Shown piece by piece: positions 14,298 through 30,433 of a DNA stretch of 64,000 bases (position 1 is the first letter of the stretch; each line of letters begins with the position of its first letter). A model generated the notes under the pieces. That model saw only the letters and a program-made list of their open reading frames with translations. It was not told the origin of the DNA and ran no database searches. The position numbers were made by a program, and so were the translations under genes. The DNA is from the human T2T-CHM13v2.0 reference genome, Homo sapiens. The stretch lies in assembly GCF_009914755.1 (NCBI RefSeq), contig NC_060926.1; one strand, given 5' to 3'.

Positions 14298-15759
14298 TGT
14301 TTGTTTTATATTATTTGACTTTCCCATTGAAATATAAGTGCCACAAAGGCAGGGATTTTTGTTTTGCTTATTTGAACAGAGGCTGGCAATGGTGAGTTTG
14401 TTAAATGAGTGGATAAATAGCAATGGAATCAGGGATAGTCTCAAAAGAGAGGGCAAATGAAAGGTGGGCAAGTGTCCACAGAGCACCAGAGTTTAAGTTG
14501 TAGCTTGTTATGGTTGAGGACCAGAGAGATTTTAGGTTGTAACTGGAGATAACACTGTAGGCCAGAAAATTGTCAATCCACATGTCCTCTGGGGTCTGTT
14601 TCATGGTCATTGAGAATAAGCCAATCTGATTAAAAGAAAAATCAGGCATCCTATTAGTTAGACCCAGTGAACAGGCATGACCTCTAGATTATTCTCTTTT
14701 ACCTTGCCTTGGTTATTGGGAGGCTACATCATATTTCATGATGCAAAGGGGAATGGATACTTGATTCTGTTTTTCTTCTTTTATGTGGACATAAAAAATG
14801 ATAGGAAAAGTGAAAGGTTTTAGGGGGAAATGCTTTGTTCATAGAATTGCAGCTGGAGTGAGAAGAGAGCTGGAGTGAGCTAAACAGAGAACTTTTTTTT
14901 GTAGTGAATCTTATGTCCATGCATACTCAGTGGGTATGCTGACTTTTAAATTGTTTGTGATACTGGCATATACTACAGTCACTGCTATCACTACCTGTGC
15001 TAAGGCACAGCACCAGAGAAGTGACACCTTGGTACTGATAAAAAGCAAATCATTTGACTGTTTCAGGACCACAACCTGAGGGATCCTCAAACCCAGCTTC
15101 ATCGTTCTGCCTCTGGTCTCATAACCTTTGACTTAGGTTCTGGTACCTCTGTTTCTTGCTAGCTTCTCCTTCAAGATGGTGCTTCTGACAATAGCACCTT
15201 ATGGAGATGGTGACTGTCATGATCAGTAGCATCCCCTTTCACTCTTAAGAGTTCAAGTTAAGATGATAAAATGTGGGGGGCAACGTATATCTAGGGCTTA
15301 GCTTGGCTGGTGACCTTGGACTCCTCCAACTTGTGGGCTCTCTGCCTCCCACCCCTCTGCTCCCTCCCATTGGCTTTGGTGATGGCGAAAACTTGATTGT
15401 GTGGAAGTTCACTTTCCACAGAAATTCAAAGGTTCACCCAGTGCAGTTCAGAATATGTAATTTGGCCATTGAATAACAGGGTGGATTCAAAAGTTTCTGG
15501 TTACCAGCAATGCAGAAGTGGTGCTAAATGAGAACAGAAACCCCAGCCCACTCCCTGAGGTTTGAGTGACCAGGAACCACATTGGCTGGAAGACAATGCC
15601 ATGGATCTTAGTATCTTGTGAAGAGACACTTGTGGTTTCTTGTTAGTTGTAACAGCAAGTCATGTTCCCCTTCTGAGACTTAGTGTCCCCATCTGCTAAC
15701 TACAGGGACTCAGCCTAATGATTTGTTGGGTCCCTTTGTGCTCTAAGAGTCTGTGGAGC

Positions 15760-15975
15760 AGTACAGCCTATTATTTAAGATCCTTACTTTGGAGATAGAA
15801 CCGAATTCAAATCCTGGCTCTGCGATGTAAAACCTGTTCAATTTTGATCAGGTTATAAGTTCAAGTTTCCCACGTGTAAAATGGAGATTATATTCATTCA
15901 TAGGCTTTTTATGATGATTAAATGAAATAATATGTAAGAAAACACCTTGTGAAGTGGCTGGCACCTAATCACTCA
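15760..15975 (+). mobile_element. MIR
   Basis: TTCAAATCCTGGCTCTGC...GTTTCCCACGTGTAAAATGGAGAT. Confidence 0.6.
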
Positions 15976-17455
15976 GTGAAGGATACTGGCTACTATGACC
16001 CTGCATGTGATTCCCACGGGGTTGCTTTCAAAGCATATTATTTCATGTAAAGATTGCAACTGTGGGAGGTCAGTTGGGTGGCTATTGTCATCTTTATTTT
16101 TATCAATGAGAAAATTGAAGCTGAGAGAAGTCAAGTGACTTCCCTTTGGTTTCAGAGTTGGTGTGTGATAGAGCCAGGGCCTCTCCCGATACCGTGGGAG
16201 AAATAAGAGGTACATCAATCAGACATTCATTGAAGAGACAGAGACGGTTGTATGCACTTAGCCAGCAGGGAAGACCTTTTAATCAGTCATTTATGTATGA
16301 AAATTCTCTAGAGATAAAAAGAGAGGGTGTTGTAAGAGTCTGATGATTAGGCCAGGAAAAATAAAAAACTTTCTGCCTCTTAGATAATGACGCAGGCTTG
16401 TATTTTTGTTCTTTTGTTCCACTGTCCTGCAAAGTGGCCGTATCTGATTCTGCTAACGTCATTGCATAGATCAGACTCTGTTTCTCATCGGCCTCTCTGA
16501 TCATAGTCCCTGAGATCTGAGTCTTTACTGTTCGCCTCTGATATTCACCACTATTCTATCAGTGTCTGTTTTGGGGCTCTGGTTCTGTCTTAAAATGTCA
16601 TTGAAATTCTTTTTCTTTATTAAGAATTTATTTTTTATTCTTTTGCTTTATATTCCCTATACATTTCCATTGCAGAAGCATTGAAAAATACTGTCATGTG
16701 TAAAGAAGAAAACACTAATCTTACAGATGATCACTTTCTACATTTCATTCTAGATTTCTTTCTACGAGCATATACATACAACAATTTTACTTAATTATTA
16801 TCCTATTTGTGTTGTTCTATAACCTGCTTTTAGCCCTTATTTTAATACGAGTATTTCTTCATGTTATTACAATGATTTAAAAACAAGCTTTTAATTGTTG
16901 CTTGTGTACTTCCATTGTATGGATGTACCAAAATTTATTTAACCCGTTTCCTACTGTCGAACACTAAAGATTCTTTCCAATATTTCACTTTGATAAATAA
17001 TACTTGATGTAAACTTTCTGCCTGTAAAGTTTTGCTACGTGTCTGCTTGTTTCCTTACTGATAGTATTTTGCCTGCGAGGGCAGCAGGATGAGTACTTCG
17101 AGGATTAATCCCTGCCAAGGCAGCTGAGCAACAGGAAGGTCTCTGCAGGGCCCTCGCGCTGCCAGTAGGTGTCACCTTCGCCTCATGATTTCTCTTAATT
17201 TTTTTTTTTTCAGGATCCTTTTTGAAGGCCAAGAACAGAATAAATTTGTGAGTCAATAAGATTCAGCTTCAAATATTAAAAGTCTCTTACAAGGGATACA
17301 AATTGGCAGTGCCTGAGGGCTGTGGGCCTGGTGATTTTGCTTTTTGTGTTGGGTTGATTTCTTCCAGCCCAGCAGTGTTTGCTGCTGAGCTGATTCTGAG
17401 AAAAAGCAGTCAATCTGGACTGCTGGCAAAACTCCATTCTCTCAGGTTCTCTAGG

Positions 17456-17457
<2 letters not shown>

Positions 17458-17503
<46 letters not shown>
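17458..17503. repeat. (CA)23 microsatellite
   Basis: Uninterrupted CA run. Confidence 0.98.
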
Positions 17504-17506
<3 letters not shown>

Positions 17507-17727
17507 TAAAAAAAGCTACTGCGTACTGAGGGCTTTCTCAAAGCATCTGGTAATAAAAAATTCACAGCAATTTTAAAAGACAGTTATTATCAACACTCTT
17601 TTCTAGATAAGGGGATTAAGGCTCAGAGATGCTCAATGCTAAGGTGCCAATGGCTTAAGGCAGTATTCAGACCTGGGTACATTGATCAGTGAAGCCTGTG
17701 ATTTTAACAATTTTCCTATGTTTGTTA

Positions 17728-18115
<388 letters not shown>

Positions 18116-18429
18116 TTAAATGGTCATCTTGGGAGATTTGTATGTGCACTAAACAGAGGTACTCATTTCATTTGTTCTGCAACCAGCTGAACCAACCAGA
18201 AATCATGAGAGGCTGGGAGAGGCTGGGTAGACCTTGGGTGGTCTGAGTCTTTAAGTCACTTGTCCAGTTTCCATTTTAGGTCAGCAGCAAAGGTCTTGAA
18301 ATAAATTATCTAGAACTGGCTTTGAGAGAGCATGCGATATGCTTTGAAATAAAGGGTTTTGTGGCCTCAGTAACCACTCTTTCTTTGGCTAAAAAAAGAT
18401 TCTTTGAAACCCTTTTCACTCCTTAGCAG

Positions 18430-18680
18430 AGCAGCAGTGTGGCTTAGGGAATAGGCCTGTGCTTTAAAGTCAGACAGGCCTGAGTTTGAACTCTAGCTCT
18501 GCTACTTACCATCTCTCTCTGATCCTGGCCAGGTTGCCAAAGCTCTAAGTCTCAGTAACTTCCTCTGAAAAATGGGAATAAATAGAACCACTTCATAGGG
18601 TTGAGGTGAATATAAATAAGATACTAACATTGAAAATGTAATATCCAGCTCCTCTCTCATGATAAGTGTTCAGGAAATGA
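18430..18680 (+). mobile_element. MIR
   Basis: AGTCAGACAGGCCTGAGTTTGAACTCTAGCTCTGCTACTTAC...CTCTGAAAAATGGGAATAA. Confidence 0.7.
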
Positions 18681-19029
18681 CAAAAACAATAGTTATTTAA
18701 AAAAATTAAGTAATAGAAAAAATGCTATTTTAAACCTAGGTAACTGTCATTTTTCTAGTTACCTAAAAACAGCTTTAGTGAGGTCTATTATACATGCATA
18801 CCATAAAAATCACCCATTGTAAGTGTACGGTTTGATAATTTCTAGTATATTTATTGACTTGTGCAACATCATCACAATCCGGTTTTGGAATATTTCCTTC
18901 ACACCAGAGGCTTCCTCTTGCCTGTTTGCGGTCAATTATTATTTACTCTTAGCCTCAGGCAGCCACTGATCTGCTTTCTGTTTCTGTAGATGTTCCATTT
19001 CTGGACAGTTCCTATAAATGGGATCATAA

Positions 19030-19360
<331 letters not shown>

Positions 19361-19578
19361 TCATAAAATATGTAATCTTTAATGTCTGGCTTCTTTCCTT
19401 AGCATAATATTTTTGAGGTTCATCCATGTTGTAGCATGCATCAGTAGTTTTTATCTTTTTTGCTAAATAATATTCCATTGTGTGGATACATTGGGAGGTA
19501 TCCGCACTACATGTTGTTTATTCTTTTACCCGTCGGTGGCCATTCGGATTGTTTCTACTTTTTGCCTATTACAAATAA

Positions 19579-19923
<345 letters not shown>

Positions 19924-22729
19924 TCAAGTACAAGTTTTTATGTGATTTTATTGTTTCAGTTCTCTTAGGTATATATGTAGGAATAGCATTGCTGGGTAAT
20001 ATAATAACTCTATATAATTTTTGAGAAATGACCAAACTATTTTCCAAAGTAGCTGTACTATTTTACATTCCTATCAGAAAGGTATCAGAATTCCAATTTC
20101 TCCATATTCTTACAAACACTTGTTACTGTCTGTCTTTTTGATGATAGCCTCCTGATAGGCGAGAAATAGAATCTCATTGTGGATTTGATTGGCATTTTAC
20201 TAATGATTAATGATGTTGAGCATCTTCATATACTTATTGACCATTTATATATAACTTCTTTGAAAAAATGTCCATTCAGCTTTTTGGCCTACTTTTTCAT
20301 TGCATTATGTGGCTTCTTATTATTGAGTTAACAAGAGATCCTTACATATTCTGAGTACAAGACCTATAACTGATACATGACTTGCAAGCATTTTCCCCCA
20401 TTTCATGAGTTGTCTTTTCACCTTCTTGATGGTATTTTTTGAAGCAGAAAAGTTCTTAATTTTGATGAAGTTCAATTTATCTATTTTTTCTTTTGTTGCT
20501 TGTGAATTTTAGTGTCATATCTAAGAATCTATTGCCAACCCAAGGTCATGAGGGTTATTTCCATATTTTCTTCTTAGAGTTTTATGGTTTTTAGCTCTTA
20601 CTAAAACATAACTGGATTAAGTGGTCTTTAATCCATTTGGAATTAATTTGTATATGTGGTATGAAGTTAGAGGGTCCAGATTCATTCTTTTACATGAGGA
20701 TATCAGTTGGTCCAGTACCATTTGTTGAAAAGACTGTTTTTTCTCTGTTGAATTGTTTGGGAACCCTTGTTGAAAATAAACTGACCATGATGTAAGGATT
20801 TGTTTTCGGACTTTTAATTCTGATCCATTGCCTATATGTCTCCCTATGCTAGACTACACTCTCTTCGTTATTATAGCTTTCTAATAAAATTTCAAATTAG
20901 GAAGTATAAGTTATCTAAGTTTTTTGTTTTTTCAAGATTTCTTTGGCTGTTTTGGATCCCTTAGATTTCCATATAAAGTTTAGGATTAGCTTGTCAATTT
21001 CTGTAAAAAGGCCTGGTGAGATATTGATTGGGGGTATGTTGAGTCTGTACATCAATTTATGGACTGTGTCCATCTTTACAATATTAAATCTTCCAATCCA
21101 TGAATGTGGGATATCTTTCTATTTGTTAAGCCTTCTTAATTTCTTTCAGCAATGTGTGGTAGTTTTCAATGTTGTTAAATTTATTCCTAAGCATTTTATT
21201 TTTTTGATGCTATTTCACATAAAATTGTTTTTAAAATTTTATTTTTAGATTGTTCGTTGTTTATGTATGCAATTGACTTTTGTAAATTGATCTTGTATCC
21301 TGCAGCATTGCCGAATTCGTTTACTAGTTTGAATAGTTTTTTAAGTGAATTCCTTAGGATTTTCTACAAATGAGATACAGATAGTTTTACTTATTCCTTT
21401 CCAATATGGATGTTTTGTATTCTTTTTCTTGTCTAATTGGCTGGACTAGAACTTCCAGTACAATGCTGAATAAAAGTCTTGAGAGCAGACACCATTCATT
21501 GTCTTTTTCTCAATATCGGGGGTAAATATTCAGTCTTTTGCTTTTAAGTATCATATTAGCTATAGATTTTCCCCAGATACCGTTTATCAGGTTGAGAAAG
21601 TTCCTATCTATTCCTAGCTTATTGAGTATATATTTAAATAATGAAAGGATATAGTATTTTATTAAATGCTTTTATTCATTTATTGAAATTATTTTGTATC
21701 TTATATCCTTTTTAATTAATATTTTTAATTTTGTTGAAAGCAAAAACTTGGAAGCCACATATCTTGAAAAACGATGCTTATTCAGTCATTAGATAATTCA
21801 CTTTCTAAATTTCTGTGAAGTAATAAAAAATCATTACCAAGGCTTATGAAATGACTATGAATTATACTTACTATTCTTTCACCATGTTTAATCGAAAATA
21901 CTCAGAAGTTGTGAAAATAAATATTGCTAATATCAATGCAGCTTTGCCAATATAACATTTTCATAAAATGCTCTAAATTTTTTTTTGTCAAAATCTTTGC
22001 ACTGCACACAGAATTCATTCAACCTTTAGAAAATGCCTACCATATAACCTAAGTGACAAAGCCAGCCAGCCGTGTCAGACTCATCTAACAAACTTTTTTC
22101 TTTCAGAAAAAAGTCTGTTTTCACTTTTATATTAACGACAACAACAGCATGTTAACATATAGCCCCATGGCAATGGTCACTTCTGAGGGAACAATCACTA
22201 AATATGAGCTGATTGCACTTCCTCACATACAACAGTTTTTAAAAATATGAGCTTAGTATCCTGGATTCAATACTATTTACAATTTAATGGCAACAGGTAA
22301 TGCCATGTGAATATCAGGATTCATTTTTTTGGCAACTAAAGCATTTATGAATAAGATGGTATTATAAATTAATGTTTAAAACGAGAATATGAGTAAAAGG
22401 TTGCTGTCTCTTTTCTTTGCAGTAGCTCCATCTGGAGAGATGTTTCTGCACAATTTGAAACCTAAACTCAAATAAGCTCAGAATAAAAAGTTTGAAAATC
22501 TATTTCAAGTTGTATTCCTAAACAAGAATACATTGCATGCCATAATCATGTTCTTGCATGCCATAATCTTACCAGTAATGCGATTTTCTTTTCTGTAATA
22601 GTAGACAAATTATTGGATATGATTGGTAATATCTGTCAATCTGTTAGCTATATCCCTTATCTACCACAACTTTTTGCCTCTTGCAGTATGAAAAATGCCT
22701 CCTGCTATTTCAAGCACCCTATGAAATAA

Positions 22730-22880
22730 AGTAGTTTCTGCTATAATGTGGCATATATATGTCTGAAAACCTTTCATACTATAAAGTTACACATTAAAAT
22801 GATAGGTTTATGGGACAAATAGGTTTGGGGCATAGCCCTCAAAACCTAGGCAACTTTCTAAGCAGTGCATTCACAGAAAC
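22730..22880 (+). mobile_element. Old Tigger-family (TcMar) DNA transposon fragment
   Basis: AGTAGTTTCTGCTATAATG...GGTTTATGGGACAAATAGGTTTGGGGCA resembles Tigger12/13-type termini. Confidence 0.4.
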
Positions 22881-23458
22881 GATAACTGGCTCCTGGGGAA
22901 ATAATTTTGTCTGTCCAAGCGGACTGCCACAGGAGATATAAAAATGCATTTTAAAAAGGATGAAAATATTGGCAACCCTTTAATTAAAGCAGGGCTGGCT
23001 CCAGATATAAGCAGAGCTTGGGTCAGTGGGGTTGAGGTTGCAGTAATGGCAGGGCTTGGGTGGCAGTGAAATCTTCCACAAACCGAGAATCACAGAAGCC
23101 TGGGGTTGTACTTCTCAGCAGAGGTGACCCTCGAAAAAGGCACTTGTTTGAAAATGTCTTAAAATATAGTACTGCCAATACCACAGTGGAACTGAGGGCT
23201 TTTTCTTTTTTACTGAAGGTTATAATTTTACTCCCACTATTGTAACTTCCCTTGCTTAGAAGAAAACCCATACACAAAGCTAATACATGTTAAGAAAAAT
23301 TACCTGAAACTTAGAAATAAGATAAAAGGATGGTAACACATTCTTTTGATATCAGATTGGAGCACTGTTTAACTGGCCAAGGATTATCTAGTTATTTAGA
23401 CTAGTGCACCTTTATTTCACTTGCTATTCACTCTCGAACAAAAGCCCAGATTTTGTGA

Positions 23459-23863
<405 letters not shown>

Positions 23864-25302
23864 TAACATTCTTTTTTCAAAATGATTACAAATACCGTTT
23901 CTCAAATACTTTTTGAACCAACTTCCCCATTTTACAAGTTGCCTCTTCAGCACATGTTCATTCTATATTTTTATGAGTCATGTTTTTTAATTTTTAAAAA
24001 ATTATACTTTGATGCATTGAAGTCAGAGAATATGTGCTGAAACTTTGCAATTTGTCAAGGCTTGCTTTATATAGCACATAGTCAGTTCTCAAATGTTTAA
24101 AAAGAATGAGTTTGATTGTTGCTGGCATAGTTTTTTATATTATTTATGTCAAGCTTGCTTATTGTGTATTTTAAATTTTCTATGACCCTACTGATTTTAA
24201 ATGTGTATTTCATTTATTAATTACTGATAGAAGTGTGTTAAAATTTCCCACTATACTGTGAATTGATCTCCTCTTCTTAGTTATATCAACTTTTACTTTG
24301 TACATTTTCATCCTTTTATTCTCAATAACTTTTTGCTCTGATACTTTAGGTATGCTTCCAGTAAAGGGCATATAAGGAGATTTTGTTTTTGCAGCCAATT
24401 TGATGATCTTTGTCCTTTAACTGGGGTGTAGCGACCATTTTTATTAATTGTGGTAACTTCTGTGTTTGGGTTTATTTCCACCATCTTATTTTGTGACTTC
24501 TATTTGTCTGCTATTCATTCCTCCTTGCCCCTTTCTTGTTTTAGATTGACTATTCTCATTTCTTCACTCTGCCTTCCCATGTTAGTTAGGAACTTACATA
24601 CTCTGTTTCTAATATTTTTACTAATTACCAAAAGAACTTTCAATATGCACATTTTTACTTATACATTATTTTTAGTCTGATATTTTAGTTCTCCCTCATT
24701 TTTTAACACAGTAAATTAGATGGTAGTTTTAGCTTTTGATTAAGTCCATTTATTTAGGTTTTTCTCACATGTATAACAATTTCTTTGCACAACATTTTTC
24801 CTTGGATCTCAGACCCTACTTCTGGAATCTTTTTTTCCTAAAGGAAGTACATCCTTTAGAAATTCCTTTAGATTGGTTGGTAGAAAACTCATTTGTCTTA
24901 AATATTTTTATATGCTTTTGCTGGATATAAATATCTAGGTTGACAGTTGTTTTCTTCAGCCCTTTGAAAATATGTTCTGCTGTCTTCCAGCTTCCATTGT
25001 TACACATTCCACTGAGAATCTTGTCTATTTTTCATTCTTTTGTTAGTAATGTATTTCTTTTTAAGTTCATCTTTTTCTTTGACTTTCTGTAATTTTACTA
25101 CAGCATGCCTAGGTATAAATTTCCTTGTCTTTCATAAATTCAAATACTAATAAATGTATTTTTTATGAATTTATCTTGTTTGCTAATCATTGGCATCTTT
25201 GATTCTAAAGATTTGTGTTTTCTCATAATTTTGAAAAATTTCCAGCTAATATTCTTTGTAATTTTGTATTTTTCTCCATTTTCCTTTGTCTTCTTTCCTA
25301 GC

Positions 25303-25608
<306 letters not shown>

Positions 25609-25642
25609 TTTCCTGGATTTTTGATTAGACACATATTGCATA

Positions 25643-25805
25643 CTTGCTAACCAAGTGTGGTCTGTGAACTAGCAATACTGGCTTGCTCAGGAAGTCTGTT
25701 TAAAGTGCAGAATCTCAGATCCCATTCCAGACTACTAAATGAGAATCTGCATTTTAAGAAGCTCTCCAGGAGATTAATGTACACATTAAAATTTGACAAG
25801 CACTG
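25643..25805. mobile_element. MER5A-like hAT MITE
   Basis: CAAGTGTGGTC...AAGTGCAGAATCTCAG...GAATCTGCATTTTAA...TTTGACAAGCACTG. Confidence 0.75.
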
Positions 25806-26140
25806 CATTACACTTCTTTATGCTGTCCTTCATATCTTTTAACCTTTTATATTGTACATCTTTTGGTCTTTCTGTGATTTATTATGAATAAATTATTCAG
25901 ATTTTATGGTACATGACTCTTTATGTTTAATCTGATGTGTTTATTTTTAATCATGAGTTTCTAATTTGGATTACTATATTTTTAATTTTAAAATATTATA
26001 TTAACAAACTTTTAAGCCTGCTTGAACTCTTTTTTACATTGTCATAATTTCAAACTTGTTAATTCCATTAAACATTTAACGTAATTTATGTTTTATATCT
26101 GATAATTTCAATACCTATATTAATGACGAATATTATTCAA

Positions 26141-26421
26141 TTTTTTTTGAGACAGGGTTTCACTTTGTTACCCAGGCCGGAGTGCAATGGCACAATCTTG
26201 GCTCACTGCAGCCTTGACCTCCTGGGCTCAAATGATCCTCCTGCCTCAGCCTCCCAAGTAGCTGGGACCACAGGTATGTGCCACCATGCCCAGCTAAATT
26301 TTGTGTTTTTTGTAGAGATGGGGTTTCATCATGTTGCTCAGGCTGGTCTTGAACTTCTGAGAGCTCAAGCAATCCACTCACTTGGACCTGGAATTACAGG
26401 GGTGAGCCACCTTGACTAGCC
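26141..26421 (-). mobile_element. AluJ-like element with small left-arm deletion
   Basis: GCAGCCTTGACCTCCTGGGCTCAAATGATCC; lacks CTCCCAAAGTGCT; flanking CAATTTTT on both sides. Confidence 0.9.
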
Positions 26422-28064
26422 CAATTTTTTAATATGGTTTGTTTTTCTGTCAACTCTCAGTCATATTGGCTTGTTTTTTGGTTTCATTTTTGTGTTTATT
26501 TTTGTGATTTTAAAGTATGAGCTCATGTCCCTGAGAACTTTTATCTGTGAAAATTCTCTCAGGACTGGATTATATTGCATTCCTTCAGAGATAACTTATA
26601 TTTGGCTCTTTGATGTGACTAGTGGCACTACCAATCTGGGACTACTTTAAAATAAATGTTCAACTTGAAGGTTTTTTTGGCCATATGCTTACTATAAATC
26701 CAGTCCCAGACCCAATTGGAGATCAGTTTACGGATATTAATTCTCCGAAAATATGCTTTCTCCCTCTTGATCCATAACAAGGAGTCAAGTTTCTTTATGG
26801 TTTATCTTCATGGGGTTATTGCTTTTTCTTTCTCTGAGGGTATTATCTTTTGGGGGTCCAGGCTCTATCAGGAGTCTTTCATCTGGCATCTCACCTTCCT
26901 CAGGATATAAGCTTTGTTACTTGCAGCTCATTGAAACCCAAGGTCTAGGCAACCAGAGGTCACTGTGTCTCTGGGGGTAGCTGTTGGCTTCAATGTTTAG
27001 TTATCTTGCTGGATTTTTATTTCTTAAATAACATTTGACCATAAAGGATTTCTGTTACTCTCTTGCCAGCTCCGCTGCTAGGCATTTACAGAAACACTTT
27101 GTATATTATTTTCAGCGTTATTAAGTGTCCTTTAGTAGGAGAGGTTTTCATAATGCTTATTCAGCTCTGTTGCCAGAAAGAGGAGTTTTGGAGGGTTTCT
27201 TTGGATTTTTAATATGTAAGGGAAAGTGAATTTGATTTTAGACTTAAATCCCTTTGGAATTTTCCCTTTTTAAGACTTAAATTTGTAAAGAGATTTAATT
27301 TGAGTGTTTTAATTTCTTTCTAGGAACTTCATAGTGAGTGGGCTTAAATTTATACATAGGGCATCAGATACTGTCATTAGAGAGTGTTTTTATGATGTTC
27401 TAAATAAATAAATTTAGAACTCTGGCAGAGGAGGGACTATGATTTATTGGGTCCTCCCAAACTCCAATAATAAACAACTGAGGCTATGAAGGAAAAAAAG
27501 AGTAAGAATGAGACAACTCATTGCTTAGTGCTTTCCCCCTCTATCTGATTTGCTGAGTAGGAAAGAAGATGCAGTGGCGTAACGAGGATTGTTGAAAAGG
27601 CAAGTTGATGTTGTGTCTCTGATCAGGTGTAATGAAGAGGTGTTTATTCCTGACCGTTAGTATAGGAGTGGTGAGCCCATGGAAGTTTGACTGCCCTGGC
27701 CCGGAATCCTGTCTCTGGCAACTAATTCCTGTGTGATCCTGGATGAGTTACTTGATCATAATAACCATACTGTGGGGGCAGTTATTGTAATTACTGTACA
27801 TAGATGAGGAAACATGGCCCTGGGAAGTTGGGTGAGATAATGTCTGCAAGGTACTTATCAAGGACTCAGTAAGTGGGAGCTGCAGTAAAGACTTAAAACT
27901 CTAGGATATAATATCTAATCATGAAAGTCCCTAATCAATGGTCTTACTGGCCTCAGGAAAAGGCCCATACCAAGTCCAGAAAGATGGGCAGAGAGATATT
28001 TTTATAGGGGTTGCATGGCATATTCTAAATCATATGAACCCTGTTTGTGTCTTATTTTTAGTAA

Positions 28065-28379
<315 letters not shown>

Positions 28380-28598
28380 AAAGTGACCCAACGCTCTTGA
28401 CTCACTCCTCTTCTCTTAACCTGGTCTTACATCAGAGGCTTAATTATATGATGTTTCGTCTCAATGTATGGCTATTTTACTATTTCTATTTGTGAAGATC
28501 GATACTATTCTGAAATTTGAGGTTTTCTCTTCTGTATATCATTGTCTGCAACTATTTATTGTTGATCTGTTGGTGAGATCTTTGTTCTGTCCATTTTT

Positions 28599-28685
28599 AA
28601 AAAAATTTTATTATTACTATACTTTAAGTTTTAGGGTACATGTGCACAACGTGCAGGTTTGTTACATATGTATACATGTGCCATG
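28599..28685 (-). mobile_element. Extremely 5'-truncated L1PA 3' end (~85 bp)
   Basis: TATACTTTAAGTTTTAGGGTACATGTGCACAACGTGCAGG; perfect 16-bp TSD TGTTCTGTCCATTTTT (28583-28598 / 28684-28699). Confidence 0.92.
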
Positions 28686-28897
28686 TTCTGTCCATTTTTA
28701 TACTTTGTTAATGTGCTAACATGAGCAGTGGTGGCAGAAAGAGTTTTGAATAAGTGAAAGAAGAGTCATAGGGCCTGAAATGAATTCCCTATAGCCCAGT
28801 TCTGTGATTCTTCTTGAATACCTCCAATCCTCCTTATTAACTGCTGAAGTAACTCAGGATTTTGCTCTTTACTTTTCAGATTCACTAGTATGTAAGC

Positions 28898-29107
28898 CAG
28901 TGGTCTCCAAAGTGGGCTTCTCAAGAGGTCTATGTAAAAGACAAAATAACTGTTATTTATACTTAGATTCAATTTTATCCTTTAAAATTCTAAGCTTAGT
29001 GCATTTTAATGGGCAGTATACAGGTATGCATTCTATAAATATACAGTGAGTACATGCACACAATTTTTTATGATGGGAGAGTAATTAAAACAATTTGGAC
29101 ATCACTG
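28898..29107. mobile_element. hAT-Charlie type MITE (family not assigned)
   Basis: Terminal inverted repeats CAGTGGTCTCCAAA / TTTGGACATCACTG; degenerate 8-bp flanks ATGTAAGC / ATATAGGC. Confidence 0.55.
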
Positions 29108-29147
29108 ATATAGGCTATATTTGCAGATTTAGAAATTATCAGTTCTA

Positions 29148-29800
29148 CAATAGATGTTGGCATGGATGTCATGGGAAGGGAATGCTTATACACTACTAGT
29201 AGGAATGTAAATCACTACAAGTTCTATGGAAAGCAGTATGAAGATTTCTCAAAAAACTAAAAGTAGATTTACCATTTAATCCAGCAAGACCACTACTGGG
29301 TATCTATGCCAAGGAAAAGAAGTCATTTTATCAAAAAGATAACAGCACAATTCAAAATTGCAAAGACATTGAACCAGCCTAAGTGCCCATCAACTGATAA
29401 ATGGATAAAGAAAATATGGTATATATACACCATGGAATAATACTCACCCATAAAAAAGAATAAAGTAACATCTTTCACAGCAACTTGGATGGAGTCGAAG
29501 GCCATTGTTCTAAGTGACTTAACTCAGGAATGGAAAACCAAATACCATATATTCTCCCTTATAAGTTGGAGCTAAGCTATGGGTACACAAAGGTATACAG
29601 AGTGGTATAATGGACCTTGGGTGGAGGGTAGGAGGGGGTGGAGGATAGGAGGGGGTTGAGGCATACAAAATCTACATATTGGGTACAATGTACACTACTT
29701 GGATGACAGGCTTACTAAAATCTCAGATTTCACCACGTAAACAAAACCCATCTGTACTCCAAAAGCTATTGGAATAAGAAGTATGTATATTATAAAAAAA
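29148..29800 (+). mobile_element. L1PB/L1MA 3' fragment
   Basis: ORF2 C-terminal and 3' UTR motifs (CCACTACTGGGTATCTA, GGGTACAATGTACACTAC); TSD ATCAGTTCTA. Confidence 0.88.
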
Positions 29801-30433
29801 GATCAGTTCTAGTATATTTTTAATAAAGGCAGAAGCTAACTGTAGGTAATAAGGTTTTCCAAAGTTTATTTATCATTTTTAGGCAGTAATAGCTTTTAAG
29901 TGAACTTCTACTACTTAAATTTTTTAATTTTGTTTTTTGTAAAATTATGTCCAGAACATGTCTAAATTGTATGGTGGAAATATTGAACAAAACACGAGTA
30001 GAAATGAGACAAGACTAAATCTCTTCAGAAGCGTTAGTCAGCGTTGAGTTTCTAAGGTAGAATTATAGCATTTGGCTGGTTCAAACTTGCTTCCTCAAAT
30101 AAAGTATCCCAATGTGGGATAAAGGGTGTTCCTAAGAGGTTCACATAGAATTCCCAAATATGTCATCTTCTAATTCAAAAATAGATTTTCATTTTTAAGT
30201 CTATCTTGGTTTTCAAAATACAAGGGAGAAATTGTCTCAGGTAGCTTTTAGGTGGGGAAGAGGCCACCGGGGAGACTGGAGATAACTCCCCGCAGAGAGA
30301 GAAGGTAATATAATAGGATTGGGAAGGAGAAGTTGGCCATGAAAGGAAGAAAAAGATGTGAGGTTCAACCTTTTGAAATCTCGAAGCGCGCTGCAAGTGA
30401 GCTGAGGTGAGTGAGAGAATTCAAGATGGCTGT

